A stretch of 64,000 nt of DNA from Okeania sp. SIO2F5 (GTDB lineage: Bacteria > Cyanobacteriota > Cyanobacteriia > Cyanobacteriales > Microcoleaceae). The stretch spans positions 105,619 through 169,618 of the forward strand of contig NZ_JAAHGU010000008.1 in the NCBI RefSeq assembly GCF_010692685.1, in the 5' to 3' direction. The position numbers were made by a program, and so were the translations under genes. The notes below the pieces were generated by a model that worked only from the letters and a program-made list of their open reading frames with translations, made no database searches and was not told where the DNA came from. This document shows, piece after piece, positions 33,694-44,310 of this stretch. Position 1 is the stretch's first letter. Each line of letters begins with the position of its first letter.

Positions 33694-35508
33694 ATGCCGG
33701 AAGATGCAGGAAAAAAAAGATATATTAGAAAGTTTTTACAGCAAATTCAACCAGGAGAAGGTTATGTGGAAAATATTTGGGTTGAACGTGATGTAAGATT
33801 ACCAGGAAAAGAGGGTGAAGATGATACTACAACTACAGCTGAAAGTTTATCTGGTAACTCTTCAATATCAAATATAACGGAATTGCTTCGAGACGATCTT
33901 AAACATACTTTTGATGATAGATCTTTTACATTTAGATTTGTGGCGGCATTTCTTGGTAGTGGTAAAACTTCCCTATTAACTTATTTGCATGAATTAACAA
34001 CAACTCAGTCAAATTATGAAAAACATTCTGTAGTAATTCAGTTTCCACTTTCTCATTTACGGACAGTTGGTAGTAGTCATAATTTTAGCATTAAACTTTA
34101 CTGTTATATTTTAGGAGATACTTTTTGGCAATTAATACATAATCAAAATTTATTGCCAGATGTAAAAGAAGTTGCTAAAAACATTCTCGAAGAATTTGAT
34201 GCAGGGTCATTATTAAATACAGGAACTAGAGAAGAGATAAAATTAAATCCTTTTAGGTCAAAATTTAGTAAATTTTTCGCAACAAGTGAAGTAAATTTTG
34301 TTGAATTATTTTTTGATGTGATATCTCAAGTCACAAAAGTAGACCCCAGATTTACTTTTGTCTATCTAACAGATGAATTAGATTCATTAGAAAAATTTCA
34401 ACAAGAAATAGAAGAAACTAGAGTAATTTTTAGAGCATTAATCAAGCAAGCTGCTCAGAAATTTAGAAGAAGTATTCCTCTGCTAATTTATTTGGTAGGT
34501 ACATCAGATAATGTCAGTTCTTTAATTGAAGGAGACTCTGTATTAAAAAGTTTAGTCAAAAAGTCAACGATTAATCTTAGTTTAGGTTCTGATAAAGAAT
34601 TTATGATGATTAAACAAGAGATAGATGAAAGAATTAAAGGAGCATATAAAGGATATAAAAATTTTAATAATGCTTGGCAAGAAATTCAGAATATACCTTT
34701 GAGACCAGCTAAAAATTTTAGAGAATTTTGTCAATATTATTCAGGAAAAGTTCTAGAAATACATGAAAGGTATTTTGCCGAAGCAGAAGAGCAGAAATTT
34801 GAAGGTGATGCTCGTGAATTAGTCAAAGCAGAATGTCAAAAAAGGTGGGGAAAATATTTACAACAGAGAGTATACACATTATCAACAGTGGAAACTACAA
34901 AAGTAATTCAAGGCAAAAAAACAGGACAAAAGCATGCCTTAGATTGTTATGTAGAATTGCTTGATAATAATAGAGTAATAGCTAGAACTTTTGGTGAAGC
35001 TAAAAATTATAAATTGATTATTGAACACTTGGATGATTTTAGTCGATGGTTAGATGATTTAGGATTTAATCCATACCCTTCAGAAAATACTCCTCCGGAC
35101 TTAGCTTTTATGATTGCTCCTTCATGTCCAGAACGTCTTAAAAGAAAGCTAGAGTTACAAAATATTGAATTTATTCAAGTAGATAAGGTTATTGATAAAA
35201 AATCAAGTAAATTACCAAATTCAACAAGTTCAACTATAGAGAAAATTATTGAAACAAAATCAACTTCATCCTCACATTCGACAAGCTCAACTGCTGTTAA
35301 TATCAATACAGCGAACGAAGCAAAATTAATAATTGCTTTTAGAGGAACAAGTATTAAGAACAAAACTATTCAAAAGCTGCTAAATAATAGAAAAAGTAAT
35401 CCTTACAAAGACTTAAATAATCTGGTATCCGATCTTAAGTTTAGCGATAATGTAAAAGCTAAACTTCAAATTAAACTCGATAATGAAGAAATTAGTTTTT
35501 CTGATTGA
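33694..35508 (+). CDS. P-loop NTPase of unknown family with C-terminal ComEA-like helix-hairpin-helix tail (cassette gene 3).
   Basis: Walker A AAFLGSGKTSLL, Walker B FTFVYLTDELD, possible sensor LVGTSD. The C-terminus (NINTANEAKLIIAFRGTSIKNKTIQKLL...LVSDLKFSDNVKAKL) resembles an HhH DNA-binding motif. Confidence 0.55.
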   Translation: MPEDAGKKRYIRKFLQQIQPGEGYVENIWVERDVRLPGKEGEDDTTTTAESLSGNSSISNITELLRDDLKHTFDDRSFTFRFVAAFLGSGKTSLLTYLHELTTTQSNYEKHSVVIQFPLSHLRTVGSSHNFSIKLYCYILGDTFWQLIHNQNLLPDVKEVAKNILEEFDAGSLLNTGTREEIKLNPFRSKFSKFFATSEVNFVELFFDVISQVTKVDPRFTFVYLTDELDSLEKFQQEIEETRVIFRALIKQAAQKFRRSIPLLIYLVGTSDNVSSLIEGDSVLKSLVKKSTINLSLGSDKEFMMIKQEIDERIKGAYKGYKNFNNAWQEIQNIPLRPAKNFREFCQYYSGKVLEIHERYFAEAEEQKFEGDARELVKAECQKRWGKYLQQRVYTLSTVETTKVIQGKKTGQKHALDCYVELLDNNRVIARTFGEAKNYKLIIEHLDDFSRWLDDLGFNPYPSENTPPDLAFMIAPSCPERLKRKLELQNIEFIQVDKVIDKKSSKLPNSTSSTIEKIIETKSTSSSHSTSSTAVNINTANEAKLIIAFRGTSIKNKTIQKLLNNRKSNPYKDLNNLVSDLKFSDNVKAKLQIKLDNEEISFSD

Positions 35509-35515
35509 AGTAACA

Positions 35516-36445
35516 AAAGTCAAAGAGATACTTGCCATGGAATAAATCATTTATATCTCTCCACCCTTCCACTACTAAAAATTTTCTAGGCACCTCTATA
35601 AATTATCCGAAAAAATCAACAATATTGAGATTTTGCTAGTGTGACAATGACCAAAGTCAAAGAGATACTTGCCATAGAGTAAATCATTTATATCTCTCCA
35701 CCCTTCCACCACTGAAAATTTTCTAGGCAACTCTATAAATTATCCGAAAAAATCAACAATATTGAGATTTTGCTAGTGTGACAATGACCAAAGTCAAAGA
35801 GATACTTGCCATAGAGTAAATCATTTATATCTCTCCACCCTTCCACCACTGAAAATTTTCTAGGCAACTCTATAAATTATCCGAAAAAATCAACAATATA
35901 TATATGGAGTAAATCATTTATATCTCTCCACCCTTCCACCACTAAAAATTTTCTAGGCAACTCTATAAATTATCCGAAAAAATCAACAATATTGAGATTT
36001 TGCTAGTGTGACAATGACCAAAGTCAAAGAGATACTTGCCATAGAGTAAATCATTAGTCAAAGAGATACTTGCCATAGAGTAAATCATTTATATCTCTCC
36101 ACCCTTCCACTACTGAAAATGTTCTAGGCACCTCTATAACTTATCCAAAAAATTCAACAATATTGACCAAAGTCAAAGAGATATTTGTCATAGAGTAAAT
36201 CATTTATATCCCTCCACCCTTGCACCACTGAAAATGTTCTAGGCAACTCTAGAACTTATCCGAAAAATTCAACAATATTGAGATTTTCCTAATGTGACAA
36301 TGACAAAAGTCAAAGAGATATTTCCCATAGAGTAAATCATTTATATCTCTCCACCCTTCCACCACTGAAAATTTTCTAGGCAACTCTATAAATTATCCGA
36401 AAAAATCAACAATATTGAGATTTTCCTGATGTGACAATGACAAAA
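35516..36445. repeat. Tandem array of about 7 units of ~137 bp. Units 3-6 carry indels.
   Basis: The unit is aaagtcaaagagatacttgccatagagtaaatcatttatatctctccacccttccaccactgaaaattttctaggcaactctataaattatccgaaaaaatcaacaatattgagattttgctagtgtgacaatgacc. The array begins 8 nt after the stop of the 604-aa NTPase. There are no ORFs and no unique spacers. Confidence 0.85.
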
Positions 36446-36517
36446 GTTAGACGTTCTTTACTTGATAAAAATCCAATCAACTTCTAAGATTAAATCAACC
36501 ATTCACAAATCAAAAAT

Positions 36518-38629
36518 ATGAAATATCCAAAAGAACCTCTAACATATCCCATCACCCACAAAACAGACATAGTAGAAAATTATCATGGTGTAGAAGTGGC
36601 AGATCCCTATCGATGGTTAGAAGACCCTAATTCAGAAGAAACTCAAGAGTGGGTAAAGGCGCAGAATGAAATTACTTTTAATTATCTCGCAGAAATTTCC
36701 GAAGGAGAAAACATCAAAAAACGACTGACTAAAATCTGGGATTATGAAAAATATAGCGTTCCTTTCAAACAAGGCGATCGCTACTTTTATTACAAAAATG
36801 ATGGTTTACAAAATCAAAGTATTTTATACACTTTGCCTACTCTTGATGCCGAACCAAAAGTTTTGATAGACCCTAATAAATTATCAGAAGATGGAACAGT
36901 CGCTCTTTCGGGAATTGCTATTAGTAAAGACGGCAAATTAATCGCTTATGGTATTTCTAATTCTGGTTCAGACTGGCAAGAATGGCGGATTAAAAATATT
37001 GAGACAGGAGAAGATTTACCAGATGTTTTGCAATGGATAAAATTTAATGTACCAGCTTGGAAAAATGATAATCAAGGTTTGTTTTATAGTCGCTACGAAC
37101 AACCACAAGCAGGAGAATTAGAAGAAACTAATTATTTACAAAAAATTTACTACCATAGTTTAGGTACTCCTCAAAGTGATGATGTACTAATTTATGAAAA
37201 ACCAGAGCGAAAAGAATGGAGTTTTAATTGCTATGTCACGGAAGATAGTAAATATTTAGTTATTACAGTTTGGCAAAGTACAGACCGCAAAAATTTGGTT
37301 TTTTATCAAGATTTAACTATAGAAGATGCGCCGATAGTAGAACTAATTAGTGAGTTTGAAGCCGAATATCGTCTAATTGATAATGATGATAATATCTTTT
37401 GGTTTGTCACAGATTTTGATGCTCCGAAAAGACGAGTTATTGCCATTGATATTAATAATTCTCCATCTCCTTCTTTAGTCACAGGAGAAAATAAGGATAA
37501 ATGGCAAGAAATTATTCCTGAAACAACAGATACATTGAGAGGGGTAGGCACACTTAATAATCAGTTTGTTGCTTTCTATTTAAAAGATGCTCATACTCAG
37601 GTAAAAATATTTAATCTTGATGGTTCCCCAGTCAGAAATGTAGACTTACCCGGAATTGGTTCTGTGGGTGGTTTTTATGGTAAACGTCATGACACAACCA
37701 CATTTTATAGTTATGTTAGTTTCACAACTCCATCAACTATTTATCAGTACGATATGGTAAGTGATGAAAGTAAAATTTATCGCCAACCAACTGTAGATTT
37801 TAATCCTGATGAATTTGAAACCAAGCAAATTTTTTATAGTAGTAAGGATGGTACAAGTATCCCCATGTTTATTACTCATAAAAAAGGTGTAAAGCTAGAT
37901 GGCAATAGCCCAACTATTCTTTATGGATATGGAGGATTTAATATTTCTCTGACTCCCAACTTTTCTATTAGTAGATTAGTTTGGTTAGAGATGGGTGGGG
38001 TATATGCAGTTGCCAATATTCGTGGTGGTGGAGAATATGGTGAAGAGTGGCATAAAGCAGGGATAAAACAACAGAAACAAAATGTATTTGATGACTTTAT
38101 TAGTGCTGCTGAATGGTTGATTGAAAATAAGTGGACTTCATCGAAAAAATTAGCTATTACTGGTGCAAGTAATGGTGGTTTATTGGTAGGTGCTTGTATG
38201 ATTCAAAGACCAGAATTATTTGGTGCAGCTCTACCTGCAGTAGGAGTAATGGATATGTTACGTTTCCATAAATTTACTATTGGTTGGGCATGGGTTGCTG
38301 ATTTTGGTTCTCCAGATAATCCAGAAGAATTTAAAGCTTTATATGCTTATTCTCCTCTACATAATTTAAAGCCTGAAAAATCTTATCCTGCAACTTTAGT
38401 TACTACTGCTGACCATGACGACCGAGTTGTTCCAGCTCATAGTTTTAAGTTTATTTCTGCTTTACAAGCAGCCCATATTGGAGATAATCCAGTATTAATT
38501 AGAATAGAAACTAAAGCAGGTCATGGAGCAGGAAAACCTACTACGAAAATAATTGAAGAAATTACAGACGAATTTGCTTTTTTGCTGAGAAATTTTGAGA
38601 TTGAATTGCCAAAAAATTTTGGTAATTAA
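36518..38629 (+). CDS. Prolyl oligopeptidase (S9A family).
   Basis: Beta-propeller N-terminal domain. Catalytic GGSNGGLL serine motif. C-terminal Asp/His region. Confidence 0.85.
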   Translation: MKYPKEPLTYPITHKTDIVENYHGVEVADPYRWLEDPNSEETQEWVKAQNEITFNYLAEISEGENIKKRLTKIWDYEKYSVPFKQGDRYFYYKNDGLQNQSILYTLPTLDAEPKVLIDPNKLSEDGTVALSGIAISKDGKLIAYGISNSGSDWQEWRIKNIETGEDLPDVLQWIKFNVPAWKNDNQGLFYSRYEQPQAGELEETNYLQKIYYHSLGTPQSDDVLIYEKPERKEWSFNCYVTEDSKYLVITVWQSTDRKNLVFYQDLTIEDAPIVELISEFEAEYRLIDNDDNIFWFVTDFDAPKRRVIAIDINNSPSPSLVTGENKDKWQEIIPETTDTLRGVGTLNNQFVAFYLKDAHTQVKIFNLDGSPVRNVDLPGIGSVGGFYGKRHDTTTFYSYVSFTTPSTIYQYDMVSDESKIYRQPTVDFNPDEFETKQIFYSSKDGTSIPMFITHKKGVKLDGNSPTILYGYGGFNISLTPNFSISRLVWLEMGGVYAVANIRGGGEYGEEWHKAGIKQQKQNVFDDFISAAEWLIENKWTSSKKLAITGASNGGLLVGACMIQRPELFGAALPAVGVMDMLRFHKFTIGWAWVADFGSPDNPEEFKALYAYSPLHNLKPEKSYPATLVTTADHDDRVVPAHSFKFISALQAAHIGDNPVLIRIETKAGHGAGKPTTKIIEEITDEFAFLLRNFEIELPKNFGN

Positions 38630-39164
38630 GGTTTGCTGAAAAAGTCTGATGAGTAAAGGTAGGAGATAAGCATTCAGCATTCAGCGGTCAGCTATTAGCT
38701 TTACTACCTTTAGTGGACAATTTAAGCTCTTTGTTCTTGTGCTTCAGTTCTTTGTTCAAAAATGCAGTAGAAGTTAAGCAAATATTTGGTTCATTCATTT
38801 TTATTGCGCTCGATCTGACTGCTAATAGGTGAATGCTTACGGTAGGAGTAATTTCAGTTATTCAATTATCAGTTACAGCGGATTCTACTTTGGTGAGATA
38901 CACCCATCTTGCATTCATTTAATTGTTAATATCTGTACTTCATGTACTTGGAATCTGCTGTATCAGAAGTTTATCTTTGTTTTATACCCTTGAAAGGGGA
39001 GGCTTGAGACCTTATTTTTTTGTCAGGAGTAAGGAGAATAATAGAGGAGGTAGAAGAAAAAATTGTCTCTTTATTTTTCTGGGTTTAGTTTTTCCTGGAT
39101 ATGGATATTTTAACAGAACCAAAATCAGATTTCTACATCTATAAAAGTTATGAAAAATATCTAA

Positions 39165-39608
39165 TTAAACTCCACAAATACCCCTTTCTTGGTTCCACTG
39201 GTTGTCAACTGATACTGATACTTCTGAACCAGGTTTGACATTACCTCCTGATGTATCGATAAGAACTACATCTGCTGCTCCTAAATAACCACCTCGGTAA
39301 ATTGGTTGACCTTGCTCATTTACAGTATCGTAGGTTAATTCCGAGACTACAGGGGGTAAATCTAGAGAACGATCAAACCTGACTTGAGTAAATAATCCAT
39401 CTACATAGGTTGCTGTATAAGGGTAGCCACCATGATCCAATCCATCACAGTATAAGACCATTGCTGCGTGGGCGAAAGGTACTGGTAGAAAAATTGTGCC
39501 GACAAATAGTAGGACAAATGTTGCTACTAATGTAGCTACTAATTTAGATATTTGTTGTGGGAACTTATGCCACACACTGCTGAAAAACTTAGTCATAAGA
39601 TTGTTCAT
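39165..39608 (-). CDS. Hypothetical signal-anchored protein.
   Basis: N-terminal transmembrane or signal segment. No motifs. Confidence 0.3.
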   Translation of the reverse strand: MNNLMTKFFSSVWHKFPQQISKLVATLVATFVLLFVGTIFLPVPFAHAAMVLYCDGLDHGGYPYTATYVDGLFTQVRFDRSLDLPPVVSELTYDTVNEQGQPIYRGGYLGAADVVLIDTSGGNVKPGSEVSVSVDNQWNQERGICGV

Positions 39609-39812
39609 GTTTTTTCCTCGTTGAAAGATTCAATAAATAGTGAATGTTATGACAATATCAAAAAATTACTCTTCGTCAACAAAATAATTTATTACTCCAA
39701 GTAATGTTTATACTAAAATTTTTCCAGAAGAATTTTATGATGACAAATTTTTGTCCAGAATTTGTTAACAAAAAACTCTTGATTATCCAACCTATTATGT
39801 AGGAGTTAAACA

Positions 39813-40811
39813 ATGTCCTTACAACCTTTGACCATTATCAATGACAACTATCAAGCAGTGAAAAATGATGGACAAGATGTGATTGCCGGATTGAAAAAAA
39901 GTCCCAAGAGTTTGCCACCCAAATATTTTTATGACGATCGCGGTTCAGAACTATTTGAAGAAATTTGTCAGTTACCTGAATATTATCCGACTCGTACAGA
40001 AGCTTCTATTCTAGAGGAATATGCAGATGAAATTGCTCAACTAACTGGATGTTGTGAATTAGTAGAATTAGGCAGTGGTAGTTCGACCAAAACTCGCTTG
40101 TTGTTGGATGCTTATCAAAAAATAGGTGGTTCTTTTAGATATGTACCTACTGATGTAAGTGGGGGAATACTCAAAACTAGCGTACTAGAGCTACAAGAAA
40201 AATATCCAAATTTCTCCATTGAGGGATTTATTGGCACTTATGATGAAACTTTAGCTCATCTAAAGTCAAACCCTACACCAACCTTTTTTGAAGGAACTTC
40301 CCTAAACAGAACAATTTGTTTTCTGGGAAGTTCTGCCGGCAATTTTCCACCACAAGAATTCGACCGTTTTTTGAAGCAAGTTACTGATGCTTTAAAACCA
40401 GGAAATTATTTTTTACTTGGCATTGATTTACAAAAACCCAAAGAAATTTTAGAACCAGCTTATAACGATAGTAAAGGAGTTACAGCTGCTTTTAATTTGA
40501 ATATGTTATCCCATTTGAATTGGCGTTTCCAAGGCAATTTTGACCTCGATTTATTTACTCATAAAGCTATTTATAATCAAGAAAAATCGCAAATAGAAAT
40601 GCGTCTTTATTGTCAAGAAAATGTCACATTCTCTTTGGAAATTCTAGATGTAAAGGTTGATTTTGAGAAAGGGGAAAGTATTCTGACTGAAGTTTCTCGC
40701 AAGTTTGATTTAGCAGTTATTCAAACAGAGCTGGAAACAAAAGGACTTAAAGTTAAGAAAATGTGGACAGACCCTAAAAGATGGTTTGGATTAATTCTTT
40801 GTCAAGCTTAA
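39813..40811 (+). CDS. egtD: L-histidine N-alpha-methyltransferase (ergothioneine biosynthesis).
   Basis: Block-for-block match to EgtD: KSLPPKYFYDDRGSELFEEICQLPEYYPTRTE, VELGSGSSTKTRLLL, GVTAAFNLN, ILTEVSRKF. Shine-Dalgarno AGGAG at -12. Confidence 0.85.
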   Translation: MSLQPLTIINDNYQAVKNDGQDVIAGLKKSPKSLPPKYFYDDRGSELFEEICQLPEYYPTRTEASILEEYADEIAQLTGCCELVELGSGSSTKTRLLLDAYQKIGGSFRYVPTDVSGGILKTSVLELQEKYPNFSIEGFIGTYDETLAHLKSNPTPTFFEGTSLNRTICFLGSSAGNFPPQEFDRFLKQVTDALKPGNYFLLGIDLQKPKEILEPAYNDSKGVTAAFNLNMLSHLNWRFQGNFDLDLFTHKAIYNQEKSQIEMRLYCQENVTFSLEILDVKVDFEKGESILTEVSRKFDLAVIQTELETKGLKVKKMWTDPKRWFGLILCQA

Positions 40812-41178
40812 TTTGAAGGAAGAAGGAAGAAGGAAGAAGGAAGAAAAAAAATATGGTAAACATTTCCTATGGAATGTTGCCCAAAGAGAGGTCATGTCTC
40901 AGCAATTAGTGGGAAAAAACTGTAGGGTTTTGGTTTCCAAATTCCTACGGTAAAATATTAAAACCTATAGCGTTTTCAAATGAAGTGTAAATCTAGATTG
41001 AGGTTTTTTATCATAAAAATAATCCTGTCTTGAGTGCCTACTAATCCTTGTGGAAAGCTACTACTTAATGTTGTTTTCCTTTACTTTCTTTATTACTTAT
41101 TCACAAAAAAACTGAATCCTAAATCTTAAACACCTTGCAAAAGTAAACAATTAAAATTATTTTCCCGTTAATAACACT

Positions 41179-42522
41179 ATGAACCAGATAAAATCTACTA
41201 CTCCACCAAAACTTGATAATAGTAATACTAACAATAAACTACGCCAAGATATCCTTGATTACTTTAACAATGCTTGGCAACTTGAAGATATTTTGATGAA
41301 CAGTCTAGTTGGTGAAGAAACATTTTATTCCAATCCCGACCCTTTGAGAAATCCTTTAATTTTTTATCTCGGACATTCAGCAGTTTTCTACATCAATAAA
41401 TTAATTCGTGTGGAATTATTAGAAAAACGCCTCAACCCTAACTACGAAATATTATTTGAGCTAGGAGTAGATCCAGAAATACCAGAAGAGTTAGACCAAG
41501 CGATCGCCCATATCAACTGGCCTAAACTTGAAGATGTTTGGCAGTATCGAGAAAAAGTCTATCAAATCATTTTGGACCTAATTGAGAAAACCCCTCTAAA
41601 TCTCCCTATCCATCAAAATCATCCTCTGTGGGCATTGATGATGGGTATCGAACATCAACGCATTCATATCGAAACTTCATCCATGTTGTTTCGGCAACTA
41701 CCTGTAGAAAAAGTAAAACGTCCTAGTAATTGGGAATATGCTCCTACAAATGCTAGGCCAATTAATAATGAAATGGTTGAAGTTTCTGGTGGGGTAGTAA
41801 AAATAGGTAAACCAGAAGATAATCCTACTTTTGGTTGGGATATAGAATATGGCGATCGCCAAGTTGAAGTCTCGTCTTTTGTTGCTAGTAAATATTTAAT
41901 TACTAACGCAGATTTTCTAGAATTTGTCAAGTCTGGTGGTTACGAAAATCAAGATTTTTGGACTCAAGAAAGTTGGCATTGGAAAACTGAAAATAACATC
42001 AAACATCCTAAATTTTGGATAGCTGAAAATGGTGGTTATAAATATCGAGCTATGTTTGATGAAATAGATTTACCCTTAGATTGGCCTGTAGAAGTTAATC
42101 ATTATGAAGCAATGGCATATTGTTGTTGGAAAGGTGAAAATACTCGGTTAATGAGTGAAGCTGAATATAATTTAGCAACTTATGGAAATGGTAAAGAAGT
42201 AGAGGTAGATAATTATAATCTAAATTTTAAATTTGGTTCTCCTACTCCTGTTGGTTTATTAGAAACTGCAAAAAATGAATCGGGATTATATGATTTGCGG
42301 GGTAATGTTTGGGAATGGTTAACTGATAATTTGAATCCTCTTTCAGGATTTAAAACTCATCAACTCTATGAAGATTATTCGGCTCCATTTTTTGATAGTC
42401 AACATAATATGATGTTAGGGGGATGTTGGATAACTAATGGAACAGAAGCTTTGAAATATTATCGTAATTGGTTCCGTCCAAACTTTTATCAACACGCTGG
42501 TTTTAGGATTGTTCAAGGGTAG
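41179..42522 (+). CDS. egtB: EgtB-type sulfoxide synthase (DinB_2 domain plus FGE-sulfatase domain).
   Basis: Iron-binding HQRIHIE (HX3HXE). N-terminal DinB-like (PLIFYLGHSAVFYINKL). C-terminal FGE-like (GGCWITNGTEALKYYRNWFRPNFYQHAGFRIVQG). Confidence 0.8.
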   Translation: MNQIKSTTPPKLDNSNTNNKLRQDILDYFNNAWQLEDILMNSLVGEETFYSNPDPLRNPLIFYLGHSAVFYINKLIRVELLEKRLNPNYEILFELGVDPEIPEELDQAIAHINWPKLEDVWQYREKVYQIILDLIEKTPLNLPIHQNHPLWALMMGIEHQRIHIETSSMLFRQLPVEKVKRPSNWEYAPTNARPINNEMVEVSGGVVKIGKPEDNPTFGWDIEYGDRQVEVSSFVASKYLITNADFLEFVKSGGYENQDFWTQESWHWKTENNIKHPKFWIAENGGYKYRAMFDEIDLPLDWPVEVNHYEAMAYCCWKGENTRLMSEAEYNLATYGNGKEVEVDNYNLNFKFGSPTPVGLLETAKNESGLYDLRGNVWEWLTDNLNPLSGFKTHQLYEDYSAPFFDSQHNMMLGGCWITNGTEALKYYRNWFRPNFYQHAGFRIVQG

Positions 42523-42952
42523 TAATAACAGGTAAATAAGCTCTAAATATTCTTGAATAAAACATTCCTCTGGTCTTGGTAAAAATTTGGCATAATTATA
42601 GACTAACAGAAGTTATGACTCAGAAAAAGTTTTACCTACTAACTGACTCAAGCATTATTTTTTCTTATCTGGTATCTAAATGGATTGAAGCTTTTGAAAA
42701 AATGCCAGAATTTCAAGGAATATTAGTTAAAGAGGAAGTTCAATCAAACAAAGTAATTACAGAAAGAAAAAACTTTCATCAAAAATACTTTGGTCAAAAA
42801 AAATTGACTGAAGTTATCTCTGGAAAAGTTAGAAAATTTAGGAAGAGCAATTGATAATTTTAGTAGTTTAGAAGATTTGTCTAATTTGCACCAAGAATCA
42901 GAACAGTAGTAGGTGGTAAATTGACGTTAAAATATTATAGTAAAAGGCTATT

Positions 42953-43318
42953 TTGTCTGGGAAAAGAGTCTTAGAAACGAGTCATACTCCTACCTATTAT
43001 TTTTCCCCCGAAGATATTAAATTAGAACATCTAATTGAAACACCAAAGAAAGGTTTTTGTGAGTGGAAAGGTATTTATCAATATTACGATGTTTGTATTG
43101 GTGAAAAGTATATAAAAAATGCCGCTTGGCGATGTGTTGAACCTACGGCAAATTTTGTAGCTATTCAAGAATACTATAGTTTTGTGGCTGCTTTAATGGA
43201 TGCTTGTTATGTTAATGATGAGTTAGCTACGCCTCAAGCAGGAGATTTTTATGCAGGATGGATTACTGCTGATATTGTCGGGCCATTTAAAGGCGAACCA
43301 GGTACAAGATGGTGGTAA
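42953..43318 (+). CDS. DUF427 family protein.
   Basis: Small beta-rich protein with YYFSPEDI and CEWKGIYQYYDV motifs, recalled as DUF427. Confidence 0.45.
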   Translation: MSGKRVLETSHTPTYYFSPEDIKLEHLIETPKKGFCEWKGIYQYYDVCIGEKYIKNAAWRCVEPTANFVAIQEYYSFVAALMDACYVNDELATPQAGDFYAGWITADIVGPFKGEPGTRWW

Positions 43319-43446
43319 ATAATTAAATAATGAAAATATAAGTAATTGAAAATTAAGACAGTTCTCAAAAAGCAAGCATATGATAATTATTATTTGTTAT
43401 ATAATACTTATAATGACCTTTTTATAACTACAAAATTCAAAATAAT

Positions 43447-44289
43447 ATGAAATTAACAAATGATAATTATAATCCTTCAAAATCTTATTATCAAGCAGAA
43501 AAGTTAGACCTAGATTCATGGTTTCAGGTGACTCAAATAGATTATGAAAAATTAATTGAAGAATATTCATTTAATAATCTATTTAAAGGATTTGCTAAAA
43601 ATAAACTCAAGCTTCTAGATATAGGATGTGGTACTGCTAAATTTCCTAGTTTGTTAGACAAGAAACTTGAGGGCGATATTCATATATCAGCAGATTTACT
43701 TGACATTTCAGAATACTGTCTACAGGTAGCGCAAAAACAATTTGATAGTTGTCAGCATTTTAGTATAAATAAAACCTACTTATCTGGGACAGAAAATCTT
43801 CAACAATTAGTTGAAAAAACTAATAGCTACGATATTATATGGGCAATTCATTCTCTTTGCACTGTCGATCCAAATAGAATGGCAGATGTATATCTTTATT
43901 GTTTAGATTTATTAGGTGATAATGGTAAGTTTTTAATTTATCAACTTGCTGAAAAATCTTCTTACAACAATTTATATAGTTTTTATCTGAGCCATTATGC
44001 AGAACGAAAAAATACCACATATTTTCTAACATCTGAAGACCACAAACAAATTTTGGATACGTTAGGAATAAATTATGAAAATATTAGATTCCGTTTTTCC
44101 CACAGGATAAATTTTGAAAGTAAGAATATACTAGAAATATATTTGAAAAAATGTGTTTTTGATAATACATTAGATGTATTGAATTTTTTTCAACCTATAT
44201 TACAAGAGTCTTTTGATCGAGAAACTAATCAATACCAATTTGAGCAGATAGTTGATTTGCTTATCATTGACGAAGTTAGCAATATTTAG
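43447..44289 (+). CDS. Class-I SAM-dependent methyltransferase.
   Basis: Motif I LDIGCGTAKF. AT-rich codon usage. Confidence 0.6.
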   Translation: MKLTNDNYNPSKSYYQAEKLDLDSWFQVTQIDYEKLIEEYSFNNLFKGFAKNKLKLLDIGCGTAKFPSLLDKKLEGDIHISADLLDISEYCLQVAQKQFDSCQHFSINKTYLSGTENLQQLVEKTNSYDIIWAIHSLCTVDPNRMADVYLYCLDLLGDNGKFLIYQLAEKSSYNNLYSFYLSHYAERKNTTYFLTSEDHKQILDTLGINYENIRFRFSHRINFESKNILEIYLKKCVFDNTLDVLNFFQPILQESFDRETNQYQFEQIVDLLIIDEVSNI

Positions 44290-44310
44290 CAAGATAAGGA
44301 GATAAATTCC

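Noticed and set aside
35516-36445. Possible CRISPR array downstream of the NTPase gene
   Set aside because: Whole ~137-bp units repeat, with no unique spacers and no short palindromic repeat of 28-37 bp. There are no cas genes. This is a tandem repeat, not a CRISPR.
42576-42854. 92-aa ORF between egtB and the DUF427 gene
   Set aside because: No motifs, Lys-rich low complexity, weak start context. It might be a real small protein but I cannot support it.
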